Of a stretch of 64,000 nucleotides of DNA, positions 35,955-47,200 are shown in pieces (position 1 is the stretch's first letter; each line of letters begins with the position of its first letter). Where the stretch lies: the NCBI RefSeq assembly GCF_001447785.1, contig NW_015163639.1, positions 62,001 to 126,000 of the forward strand, in the 5' to 3' direction. Origin of the DNA: Gekko japonicus. Its lineage: Eukaryota. The notes under the pieces are model-generated. The model was not told where the DNA came from, ran no database searches, and saw only the letters and a list, made by a program, of their open reading frames with translations. The position numbers and the translations under genes are program-made.

Positions 35955-36405
35955 ATTCTGCTATGGTCAGGCTTCACCTGGAGTACTGTGTCCAGTTTTG
36001 GGCACCACATCTTAGAAAGGATGTTGACAAGCTCAAGCGTGTCCAGAAGAGGGCAACCAGGATGGTGATAGGGTTGAAATCCAAGTCTTATGACGAAAGG
36101 CTGAAAGAGTTGGGTCTGTTTCGCCTGGGAAAGAGAAGGCTTAGAGGGGACAGGATTGCAGTCTTCAAGTATCTGAAGGGCTGTCATGTAGAAGATGGAG
36201 CAGATCTATTCTCTCTTGCTCCGGATTGCAAGATTAGGTCTAATGGGTGGAGATTACAATGGAGTCATTACCGGCTAAATATCAGGAGAAACTTCCTATC
36301 TGTAAGAGTGGTTGAGCAGTGGAACAGACTGCCTCGGGAAATGGTGGATGCTCCTTCGCTGGACGTTTTCAAGTGGAGGCTGGGCGACTATCTTTCGGGT
36401 CTTAA
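35955..36405 (+). mobile_element. CR1 LINE ORF2 C-terminal fragment (second family)
   Basis: [33 protein letters not shown]. Confidence 0.88.
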
Positions 36406-36916
36406 ATGGGCCACTGCACTCAAACTTGGTTCTTACATCTGTTGGTAACACCTTTATTATCTGTATGCCAATTTGCTGCTTTTTACATGTCCTACCAAAT
36501 GTGGTACTCCAATCTTAGCTGTATTTACTTATGCATCTTCTTGACTCTTTCTGGCAACTAACAGCAAATTAACATGTGTATAGCTGCTGCTCATACAGGA
36601 CGTAGAACCTTTGCTGTCCTGAAGTTTGTCTTTATACAAAGGATTTGTGGACTTTACTTGAGTTTTCCGTTTTTGTCAAGTACTTTTGGATCCTAGCTCT
36701 TTAAGAATATATAAGGGTTTGTTGAACTTTAACGAAGATTTAGAACTGTTTGAATTGTTTTGCACAATATAATCTTTCTGATTTTGTTCGTTATTCATCC
36801 ACGGAGTGTCTTTATATTGATACACTCTCCTCCCGGGAGCTCTCATTTTGATATACAACCACCTGGAGGTTGGCAACCCTTCTCACACAGCTCCATTTGC
36901 CATAGATAATGCAGAC

Positions 36917-37292
36917 CAGGGGTCATTTCCTGCAGGAGCGCACAGGAGCGAAGCTCCGGCAGTAAAGAGCCCAGGGGGCGGGCACATGCAACAAGCCCCA
37001 CCCCCTGCTCCCAGCAGCCCAGTCAGAGCAAGAAGCATCCAGGTAAGTGGCAGAGCTCCCCCCAGCCCCCCGGTCCAAAACAGTCCAGTGGCACCTTTAA
37101 GACCAAGTTTTATTCAGGTACAAGCTCTCCCTCCTCTGTGAGGACAGATCTGCATGTTCCCCCCCCCAATAGCTAGCAATCCAAAACAGTCCACTTCCGG
37201 TGATGTCAGTGGGTGTGGCATATGCGAATAAGTTATGCTAATTAGTTATGCTAATGAGCCCCCGCACCTCTTTTTCTACGAAATGACCCCTG
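36917..37292 (+). mobile_element. hAT MITE family D
   Basis: TIR CAGGGGTCATTTC / GAAATGACCCCTG; perfect TSD ATGCAGAC. Confidence 0.92.
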
Positions 37293-37474
37293 ATGCAGAC
37301 TATAAATCCTTTAAGACAGAGTGATGTTAGCTGTATCTTTGTGTAAACTACCTCTCATGTACCACTGCAGCTCACTTTTAGATGGTAGCCATGTTGGTCT
37401 GAAGCCGAAGCGCTAGATTTGAGTCCCGGAGCACCTCAGTGACCAGTGAAATTTCCAGGGCATGAGATCTGCTG

Positions 37475-37800
37475 AACATAAGAACATAAAAGAAGCCAAT
37501 GTTGGATCAGGCCAATGGCCCATCTAGTCCAACACTCTGTCACACAGTGGCCAAAAATACCAGGTGTCATCAGGAGGTCCAGCAGTGGGGCCAGGACACT
37601 AGAAGCCCTCCCACTGTTGCCCCCACCGCAAACACCAAGAAGACAGAGCATCACTTGCCCCAGACTGAGAACCCCTATCTATACCTTGTGGCTAATAGCC
37701 ACTGATGGACCTCTGCTCCATATGCTTATCTAATTCCCTCTTGAAGCCGTCCATGCTTGTAGCCGCCGCCACCTCCTGTGGCAGTGAACGCCATGTGTTC
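37475..37800 (-). mobile_element. CR1 3' end
   Basis: (GAACATAA)n tail on the + strand. Confidence 0.85.
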
Positions 37801-38854
37801 AGAATCCCATGCTGAAGGGAGTTTTGACTCTCAAAAGCTTATACCCTGAGAATCTTGTTCGTCTCTACCTGGTTCTATGGAACTTGACTCTAGGTCATTT
37901 GCAGTTCAGTATTCCTGTAATAACAGGTGCGGTTAGAGAAGAAGAAGAAGAGATTGGATTTATCCCCCTGCCCTTCACTACACAAAAGTCTCTCAGAGTG
38001 TTTTATAATCTCCTTGGGTTGGATAATTAAAATTCACTGTTGAAATAGTCAGTATATTTTGTGACAATATATTATTTTTGGCAAGGTGTCAAACAGTGGC
38101 AAGCAGTCAGCCCAGCACGAGACATGCAAATCATGGGATAGCAAGTCACCCAGTGGTTGCTGGTGTGCTTGGCCCTGAAGAGTCTTCCTTCAAAGGCCAA
38201 AAGACCTCTGGAAAAGACCCTGCCCCATCCCCCTGCCTATTACTGACAGAAACCAAGGCAGCAAAGCGGGCAATACTGTGCTGTTGCCTAGCAACTTCCA
38301 TTGAGGGCATTTGTTTCTTAAAGCTACAGGCACTGCTATCATTTTGGAGGGTTTCAATCCCCCCATTTTGGTGTTTTGAGTGTTTTGTTGTTATTATTGT
38401 AGGTTTCAGATTTACCTGGAGCTTTTCTCAGGTTTGTAAAAAGATTTGTTTTGTTTGTCCATGACTCCAGTCTCTGGATTTAATCTACCACAGATGGAGC
38501 CATGTTGACAGTTAGATGGATCGATCTATGATGCCTGGTTCTGAGAAAATAGACAGAAAGAACTTTCCCTCTCTTGGGGCACCCAAGGAAATTGGTAGGC
38601 CGGAGATTCAGGACAGACACATGGAAGTACTTCTTTCTGCAACGGGTAGCTGACTACTGGAACTCATGGCTGCTGGTTGTAATTCTCACTGGCTCAAACG
38701 GATTTTAAAGAGGCTTGGAGAGGTTTATCAGTTTATAAGTCTATTGCTGATTAGCTTGAATGAGGCCTTCAGAGTTTGAGGCAGAATACCTCTGAATGTC
38801 AGAGGCCGGGGGAATCAGTCAGCAGGCCCGTGGGCTTCTCTGTGGCATCTGACT

Positions 38855-39487
38855 GGGGTCGCCAGCCTCATGGTGGGGCCTAGAGATCTCACATATTACA
38901 GCTTGTCTCCGGGTGACAGATCAATCTGCCTGGAGAAAATGGCTGCTTGGTAGGATGCCAGACTCCCCCGTTGGGGAGGGGGTCCCCTGCTGCCAGACCC
39001 CACCTCTCTGCTGTGGATCAGCAGATGGGAGAATTACCCCCCAAATGAGGGAGGAACAGTGGACATTTCCGCAATGTTTCTGTGTGACTTCAACATGGCC
39101 CGGAAGTGTTGTAGGCACATCGGGGACATCAGGTCGACACTCTGGTTTTTGCGCAATATCTCTATGGTAGAAGCTAATTCTACCATAGAGTTTTTGCCTC
39201 AAAACCAGAGTGTCGCCCCGACATGCCTACGTCACTTCTGGGTCACGTTGGAAGTCACGTGGGTGCATCGCTGAAACATGCAAAGAACCTCCTGGGTCCT
39301 GGTAAGCTCACCCCCACCCCACCCCCCGTCAGCTGCCTTAGCGACCTGGCAAACCTACTTGGGGGGGGGGGTGGACTCTGGGGCATTATGTGCTGCTGAG
39401 GTCCCTCCTCTCCCCAAACCCTGCCCTCGGAAGACTCCTCTCCCTCAAATCTCCAGGAATTTCACAACCCAGAGTTGGCAACACTAA
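38855..39487. mobile_element. Long family E hAT-like element with internal palindrome
   Basis: GGGGTCGCCAGCC...GTTGGCAACACTA termini; internal hairpin 39084-39258. Confidence 0.55.
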
Positions 39488-40015
39488 ATCTGACTGTCCA
39501 CTATTGGAAAGTAACAGCAGCATGTCCTGTGGTTGCAATAGCACTATAACAACAATAGAATGAACAATCACAACATATACTTCTGATGGATTATATAATC
39601 AAAAGATAACAGTAGAATTTGAACAGAAGTTTTATCTCACATATAATGTTCTCAGAAACAAAGAAGCAGGGTTCTTCCTTCTGATACTCTTTATGTGTAC
39701 ATTCTTATTGTGTATCAGAGTCCATAAATAATAAATAGGCATCTTCCGTTTTTAAATGCTGACGGTTTTTCTAGATAATTTCCACGTTTCGAGTAGAAAC
39801 CTTCTTCTAAGCAGATTCCATAATTCTAAAACTGTAGAGAGTATACAATAAATTATAGACAGTATCATGAAATCCAGTATAAAAAACCTCAGGGTGCCAA
39901 AGGTCACCGAGTACACACCAACCAACAATGTCAAAATTTATAAGCAAAACTCCCTAATTTCAAATCCACAGTATCAGTATTTATCTTAAGGTGAGGCAAG
40001 AGTTCACAAAATATA

Positions 40016-41040
40016 TGTTGCCAGTGGCGCTGCCTTTTACTCTTGGGTAGCCCCAATAGCGGGGCACCCCACTTCTAACCAGATCAGAGACCCACAAAAC
40101 TCAGGCCAAGGAAGGCACTCTTGGTTCTGAAACACAGAGCTAGCCACAGCTCTGAAAAAGGGGTCTCCATTTTCAGGTGACAGGCAACCTCAGAGGAAGC
40201 CTCCAGTCTTCCCTCTCCACCCAGCAGAGATTATTGCTTATGGAATAACAATAAGTTCTAGCAGGTAAAGTATCTACATTTCTAAAGTCTATTTAATTCT
40301 TTGTCTGAATACTTGTCTTTTCTACTCTGTCCCTCAAGATACAGGGATAAACCAATCAAGCATTCAAATTATTAACAATCCTTCCTGACACTAATCAGGG
40401 ATGTCTCCCACCTTTTGTTTACCCTGGCCAGGACCATTAGTGGTCAGATAATCCATTCAACTAGCCACCCAGCACCTGGCTTCAGTTGTTAAATCCAGAC
40501 CCTGCCTCTCTGAAAGCTCATTGGTCACATCTAGGCCTTGCCCATCCTGATGCCACACACCCCTGGGACTCATCATTGGTCCAGGAAACCTATTGTTCTC
40601 ACCTGAGACCAGCCCCCAGGACTGGCCATTGGCCTGCATTGTCTTCCATAGGGTATATCCCAGTGTAAACATGGCCTCAGACGGTGTGTTTTCTGCCATA
40701 ATCCAAAATGGCAGTCCACCCCTGAACTCTCTGAGTTTAGGCCACAATCCATGAACCTCTGCACACCTGGACAGGTTGTATCACCCCTCTATAAGCTATC
40801 AATCACCTCTGCTTCCTTATAGTTCTATATTGTGTGTGTGAGTGTTTGAATATTGTTTGTATGCTTGAGGATGTTTAGTAAAGAAATCATTATTTTAGCC
40901 ACCCAGTTTCTGTGTCTGTTCCTGGGTTCTTGGGAATTCTAACTCTGGTATACACAGGTCAGATCCTATAGATAAGCCAATTGCATATTAATAATTATAA
41001 TTCCCCATCTTTATTAAATAATAGAGCAATTTGGCTAACA
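40016..41040 (+). mobile_element. Solo LTR (1025 bp)
   Basis: TGTTGCCA...TGGCTAACA termini; 4-bp TSD TATA; TATAAG at 40790 and AGTAAA at 40877. Confidence 0.72.
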
Positions 41041-42038
41041 TATATAAACGGGCTACAGCTCTGCAGTCTGAAGGCATCAGAAGTGTGTGTTGTGATTGTT
41101 CATTCTATTGTTGTTGTAGTGCTATTACAACCACAGGACATACTGTTGTTACTTTGTTGTGGTTGATATATTTGTCCACTATTGGCCACAGGATGCTGGA
41201 CTAGATTGGTCAGTTCCAGCAGGGCTCCTTGCATGTTCTCCTGTATGGATGTGGCTTGACCCTCAGTCTTTCGATTCCCCCTTTATGACTGATTTGATAT
41301 GTCTGGTTATTTACCCGCATTTATTTCTTTTGCTGGGATTGTAAACATGTGTCTGTAAGATGGCTCTGTTTTAATTGCGTGTCTCCAAACATGAAGTCAT
41401 TGTACTCTGTTCGAAGTTTGTTTAAAAGTTGGTCTGGGAGTGGGATGGGGAAGACAGGGAACAGACCTTTTGGTAGGCAAGAAGTCCTATAACAGGGAAT
41501 CGCAATAATTATTCACTGGATTTACATCTTTCAGCCCTGCCTGCTCTTGTATATAAATATAGTTGGAAAATGATCTGAATTAGGAGTCGTTATTCTATTT
41601 ACTTTTTATACCTTATAGCCGCAGCAGTGTTATCAACACGTACCGATCCTTTCCCCCTTCTTCTCACCCATTCCTCCATTTTTATTGTATAAAGAGGCAC
41701 TTTGGGAACGCAGACCTATTATATAGGCCGGTTTTGATTGGTTTTAAGTAGTCACTCGTTGTGTAGAAACAATGTATTGGCCAAAAATATGAATATTTGG
41801 GGGGGGGGAGTGGTTAAAAGGGAGGGGCTGTCAGTGTGGAGGTATGTCTAGAGTGCCATGCTGGGGGAGGCCTGTGTTCATATCTCCACTTGGATGTGAG
41901 GCTTATGGGGCACCGTCTCAGCCTGTCGTACCTCACAGGATTGTTGTGACAGAGTCACATGTGCTGTCTGCACTCCTTTGAAGGAAGGGCAGGATAAAAA
42001 TGAAAGATAAATAAGGTTACTGTCTCCCCTTTGTTCTA

Positions 42039-42300
42039 CCAGTCTGGTGTAATGGTTAGGAGTGCGGACTCTAATCTGTTTGATTCCCCGCTCCTCCACA
42101 TGCAGCTGCTGGGTGACCTTGGGTAAGCCACAGTTCTTGCAGAGCTGTTCTCTCAAGAGCAGTTCTTTGAGAGCTCTCTCAGCCTCACCTACCTCACAGG
42201 GTGTCTGTTGTGGGGAGAGGAAAGGAAAGGAGATTGTAAGCCGCTCTGAGACTCCGAGTGAAGGGCGGGGTATAAGTTCCATCTCTTCTCTTCTTCTTCC
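42039..42300 (+). mobile_element. Squam3-like SINE abutting the CENPA ATG exon
   Basis: Head CCAGTCTGGTGTAATGG; (CTT)n tail runs directly into CCTAG-CCAG-ATACC-ATG. Confidence 0.9.
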
Positions 42301-42312
42301 TAGCCAGATACC

Positions 42313-42457
42313 ATGCGTCACTCACGAGCAGGCCCGAGCCCCAGGAGAGGTTCCACCACTTCGCCTCGACGCCGCGGACCAACATCTCCACGGCGAGGAC
42401 AACCACGGACATCTCCACGACAACGCCCCCGGGCGGCGCCTGCTGAAGGACGGCCAG
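42313..42457 (+). CDS. CENPA: CENP-A coding exon 1 (N-terminal tail)
   Basis: ACCATG start; MRHSRAGPSPRRGSTTSPRRRGPTSPRRGQPRTSPRQRPRAAPAEGRP; donor CAG|GTAAAC phase 1 matches the next exon. Confidence 0.85.
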
Positions 42458-43279
42458 GTAAACGCTACTGAATCCCAGCTTTGGAGGCCACGGCGAATTG
42501 ATGAGAAAGGAACCGGTGACCTTTCATCGACTCGCCTGCCTCTTCTTAACAGCCCCCGGCTTTATCTATCATATCGTTATCCTGCCCACCCTCTAAGGAA
42601 ACTCAGGGTGGTGTTGATGCTTTTCTCTCCCCCCCCCCCCCCCCCAGTCATTTTTTCCTCACAACAGCTCTTTGAGGTAGTTGAAAGGGTGTGTGTTACT
42701 GGCCACCCAGCAAGCTTCAGGGCTGAACAGGGATTTGAACCCGAGCCTCCCTGGCTAAAATCTTGTGTCAAGGGAAGTCTCCTAGAACAGCGGTGGGGTC
42801 AGAACTGGTACAACCCCGCAATAATTAGTTGATGTTGAACAAAAAGTTTGGGAATACGTACCCAGTAACATGGATAAAAGTGTTAGGGCTGTCCCTTAAA
42901 AAACACTTCAGGGTGGTGCTTGGGGAATTCGGATAATATGCCTGTGACTTTGATTAAAGAGACTCATGGTCGTAATTGGTCATCACAGAGGTTTCTCTGT
43001 CAGCATTTTTAGCTTCATCTGTCACAAACCAGGAGCGCAAACGATTGTCTTCTTGTCAGCAGGATGATTTGGCTTTGAAGCACACGCATGCCTTGGATCG
43101 TGGCCTAATGGATCCGAATGTTGAGTGGAGTCTGGGGCTAATTAGCAGCCCCTCTGTTTTTGTTGTGGCTCAGATAAACATTCCTCAAAAACACGGGCTC
43201 ATCTTGGGAGGCGCCAGGATTTACAGAGAGCGGACTTTCCCACTGCTCCTGGGGAGTAGCCTTCGATTGAAGCGTTGCT

Positions 43280-43907
43280 CCTTAAAAAGGATATTATAGC
43301 TTTGGAAAAAGTGCAGAAAAGGGCAACTCGAATGATAAAAGGGTTGGAACACTTTCCCTATGAAGAAAGGTTAAAAGCACTTGGGGCTCTTTAGCTTGGA
43401 GAAAAGACGACTGAGGGGTGACATGATCGAGGTTTATAAGATTATGCATGGGAAAGAGCAGGTAGAGAAAGAGGTACTTTTCTCCCTTTCTCACAATACA
43501 AGAACTCGTGGGCACTCCATGAAACTGCAGAGCGGTCGGGTTAGAACGGATAAAAGGAAGTACTTCTTCACCCAAAGAGTGATTAACACATGGAATTCAC
43601 TGCCACAGGAAGTGGTGGCGGCTACAAGCATGGACAGCTTCAAAAGGGAATTAGATAAGCATATGGAGCAGAGGTCCATCAGTGGCTATTAGCCACAAGG
43701 TATAGCTAGGGGCTCTGGGGCAAGTGATGCTCTGTCTTCTTGGTGCTTGGGGGGGGGGTCAACAGTGGGAGGGCTTCTAATGTCCTGGCCCCACTGCTGG
43801 ACCTCCTGATGGCACTGGTATTTCTGGCCACTGTGTGACACAGAGTGTTGGACTGGATGGGCCTTTGGCCTGATCCAACATTGGCGTCTCTTATGTTCTT
43901 ATGTTCT
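43280..43907 (+). mobile_element. CR1 LINE 3' fragment
   Basis: [21 protein letters not shown]; TTATGTTC tail. Confidence 0.9.
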
Positions 43908-44269
43908 TAAACCACTTCTAGCTCCGTAGGGCCTACTCAGCCTGTGATGGGCTTGATCACTGTTACAATGGAAGGTCTGTGTTTTCACCTTTCCTCCAAG
44001 GAGCGATGTACAAACTTCTGTGATTTTCCTCACAACAACCCTGTGAGGTGGGTGGGTGAGAGTGCGCGACTGTCCGAGGTCATCCCTCTGACCTTTCAGG
44101 CGGAGCAGGGATTTGAACCCAGCCATCCCATCCAAGTATCAAACCTGACTAGCTTCTGAACTCTGGTGAGATTGTACATTTAGGGCTGATCTCCCGAATA
44201 CATCAGGTGTTTCCAGTGACTCTTCGCCACTGGGTTTCTTCCCCTCAAAAATCCATTTTAGTCCACCTG

Positions 44270-44492
44270 GACCCGGATAGCCCAGACAAGCCCGATCTAG
44301 TCAGAGCTTGGAAGCTAAGCAGGGCCGACCCTGGCAAGTATTTGGATGGGAGACCTCTAAAGAGGACCAGGGCCGGGGAGACCAGAGGCAGACTATCAAG
44401 CCACTTCTCTGGACGTCCTCCATGCCCCAGTAGGAGTCGCCAGAGGTCGCCATGACTTCCAGGCATAGGCAGACACACACACACACACACAC
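44270..44492 (+). mobile_element. 5S rRNA-derived SINE with (CA)n tail
   Basis: GGAAGCTAAGCAGGGCCGACCCTGGCAAGTATTTGGATGGGAGACC. Confidence 0.75.
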
Positions 44493-44609
44493 AAAATACA
44501 AGAAATACCTCCCCCAATCCATTTCATTCCCATCCCTAGCTCTTGGGCTAGCCAGGCTTCCTTTCTTAGAACTCACGTTGCATGTTCTGGCAATCCTCTT
44601 CCCACACAG

Positions 44610-44713
44610 TGCGGCGGCGAAGATACCGGCCCGGCCAGCGGGCCATGCTAGAGATCCGGAAGTACCAGAAGAGCACCAACCTGCTCATCCAGAAGCTGCC
44701 CTTTGCCCGTGTG
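44610..44713 (+). CDS. CENPA: CENP-A coding exon 2
   Basis: CAG|TG and GTG|GTGAGT; [35 protein letters not shown] (alphaN and alpha1 of the H3 fold). Confidence 0.96.
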
Positions 44714-44725
44714 GTGAGTCTGCAG

Positions 44726-45376
44726 CGAGAGTCCCCAGCCGTTTTGAGCCTGCGGAATTCTCACACAGGGTGGTGGGCGCAGCTACAAAATGGCTGCCGT
44801 GGGAGGCGGAGGCAGACATACACACACACACACAGGGGAAGGCCAAGTGCAGGAGGGTAAATTAAAAAAAAGTCTACTGGAAAAGAGGAGTGGGAGAGAA
44901 TTAATTAAACTGACACTGTGGTGGGAGCTGCCGCTGAAATGTTTTTAAAACTGTGCACAGCCAATCAGATTTCCAGGGGCCAGGGAGATGCCCTGTTGGG
45001 CAAAAAGCCCCACCCGTTTTTTAAAAATGCCTGGCGGGTAGAGAAGAGAAGAGATTGGATTTATCCCCTCCCCTTCACTACCCGAAGGAGTCTCAGAACA
45101 GCTTACAATCTACTTTCCCTTCCCACAACAGACACCCTGTGAGGTGGGTGGGGCTGAGAGAGCGCTTTCGAGGACTGCTCCTGACAGAACAGCTCTGAGA
45201 GAACTTGTGACTGACCCAAGTTCACACCGGCAGCTGCATGTGGAGGAGTGGGGGATCAAACCCGGTTCTCCCAGATCAGAGTTCATGCTTCTAACCACTA
45301 CACCAAACTGGCTCTCTACCAGGAGAGGTGCTGGCATGTGCCATGGTGCCAATGGGCACTCTGTTGGAGACACCTG
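44726..45376. mobile_element. hAT (Charlie/Buster-like) non-autonomous element with nested Squam3-like SINE (45040-45316, minus)
   Basis: Degenerate TIR ending GGAGACACCTG; TSD GTCTGCAG/GTCTACAG; relatives near 25480-25905 and 48689-49030. Confidence 0.7.
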
Positions 45377-45624
45377 GTCTACAGGTTGGCTGTGTGTATT
45401 GGAAGTGGGTTATTTTGGTGTGTGATCAGGCTGAGTGGCACTTTCAGGCTGTGCACTATATAATCCACTTTCCGCCTGTAGTCCACCTTTCTCACTGAAA
45501 TATAGTCCATAAAATGGCTTGGGCCAAGAGCTTAAAAGGTGAATTTAGAGGAAGCCAGAGAGGAGGCAACGTGCAGATATTCTGGGACAGGGGTGGACGG
45601 GAAAGTCCCAGGGATCAAGGGTAG

Positions 45625-46295
45625 TGTAAGACAGAAACTCCGTCAAGGGTTGTGCTCCCCCAGCCCAATTTGAGAAAGCACACGGCAGTCTTGTAGAGGA
45701 GAATCAGATCTTGTACTTTATTGATCAACAAAGGAGGGAGGTGAAGATCCAATAAGGTTTTGGACCCCACAGCTCTCCCTAAGGTTACAATGGGAGACAT
45801 AGGGTTTTATACCCCCTATGACAGAAATAAAACATAATTATTGGTTCCATCAAACATTGTCAAATTTCATCACCTATTTCCCATTGGGTTAAGACCTGGG
45901 GGGGGGGGTTGTTCCCAGGCAGAAGTTCTTCTTTTCCTAACAGAACAATACACTTTTCTTTTGGAACCTATGAAGCAGCAATGTTGTATCTATATAACTG
46001 ATATGGTTACAGAGTTCTTACTGTTCTTCATTCTAGCTAGGGTAACTGACATCAGAAACATGCGCAGTTGTAGCTGGCCAGAACAAGCAAGGTCATGGGT
46101 AGCATAACTATCAGCATTTCAGCCTTCTTCCCAGCATGCATTCAAACAACAGTCACAAATGAACCAAAGTTAATACTTGAATACATTCATGATGTCAGAA
46201 TCATATGCATTATGGAAGTGCTAAGCACACCTACTAAGTTAAACCTGTTAGGCAGTGGCAGAGTACAAAGTGGTTCATAAAATGTGCGTACAACA
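45625..46295 (-). mobile_element. Solo LTR (ERV- or Gypsy-like), antisense to CENPA
   Basis: TG...CA termini; 4-bp TSD GTAG; minus-strand CCAAT 45883-45887, TATAAAA 45805-45811, AATAAA 45717-45722. Confidence 0.85.
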
Positions 46296-46894
46296 GTAGT
46301 GAGGGAGAAAGGGTAAAGTCCTTTGAGGAAACCAGAGACCTTCAGACAGAGAAGCAAAGATCCTGGGTAGGGTCGGGGAGTTGCAAGGCCATAGAATACT
46401 TTGTCCTGGGTTCAGCTGACGGGAAGCGAGTGTAGGATTTTAAAGGAAGGGCATCCCATGGCTGGGGAAATGAAAGGAGCTGATGATTTGGGCAGTGGAT
46501 TGTTGGAGAGGGGGAGGGGCTGAGGCACCGTAAGTGGAAACCAGAGAAGAGAATGTTGCGTTTGTCCAGGTGAGGGACAACCAAGAGCTCTGTGGGTCAA
46601 ACTGAACAGAAAGTAGTTTGAGACACAATCTAGGGGGCGTCAAGCTTCCCTCTACATAGGGGGCTTTTAGTACATGTAGCTGATTCGCACAGTCTTGATT
46701 TCTGCATATTGTGCAAATTTGGTCTCTCTCATGGTGTATCCACAAGGTGGTGCTCTCAGCCTGGTAGAAACCAGGCAGGGAGTTCTCCTTTCCACTTGAG
46801 AGAAGGATGTGAGTTTTTAAAGGAAAACTTCTTTTGAAAAGTGGTTCAGTAACCGAGTTAACTGTTTCAGCCTAAAGCTATCCCACGATAGTAG

Positions 46895-47200
46895 ATTCAG
46901 GTGGGGAGCCATGCTTGTCTGAAGCAACAGAACAAAATCTGAATCCAGCAGCACCTTTGAGACCAACAAAGTTTTATTCAAGGGTATAAGCTTTCATGTG
47001 CACGCATACATCTTCAGATACATGAAGTTACCAGTCCATCCATATAGGTAGAGGGTGAGCAGCAAATCAGCATAGGCATAATAAAAGTTGTTTAACAGAA
47101 TCCAGGACCAAACTGGAATAAAAAACCTTAGTTTATATGGTCACCATTTGTTTGGGTTTAATTCTGGGGGGGAAAACATAGTGAATGAAATAAATAGATC
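46895..47200 (-). mobile_element. Penelope-like terminal remnant with hammerhead-like motif (46984-47021)
   Basis: Minus strand GTAT-CTGAAGA-T-GTATGCGTGCACAT-GAAAGCTT-ATAC. Confidence 0.55.

Noticed and set aside
41730-41985. Proximal CENPA promoter (two ATTGG, one TTTGAA)
   Set aside because: CpG-poor, partly in repeat sequence, and the motifs are short enough to be chance; the 32.4-33.1 kb island fits better.
42313-42457. SPRRR repeats resemble the hepadnavirus core C-terminal domain (possible endogenous virus)
   Set aside because: No capsid or polymerase sequence nearby; the segment has a good ATG context and a phase-1 donor that joins the CENP-A histone fold in frame.
42062-42832. 256-aa ORF as a novel gene
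   Set aside because: It runs through a SINE, an alternative frame of CENPA exon 1 and another SINE; GTG start.
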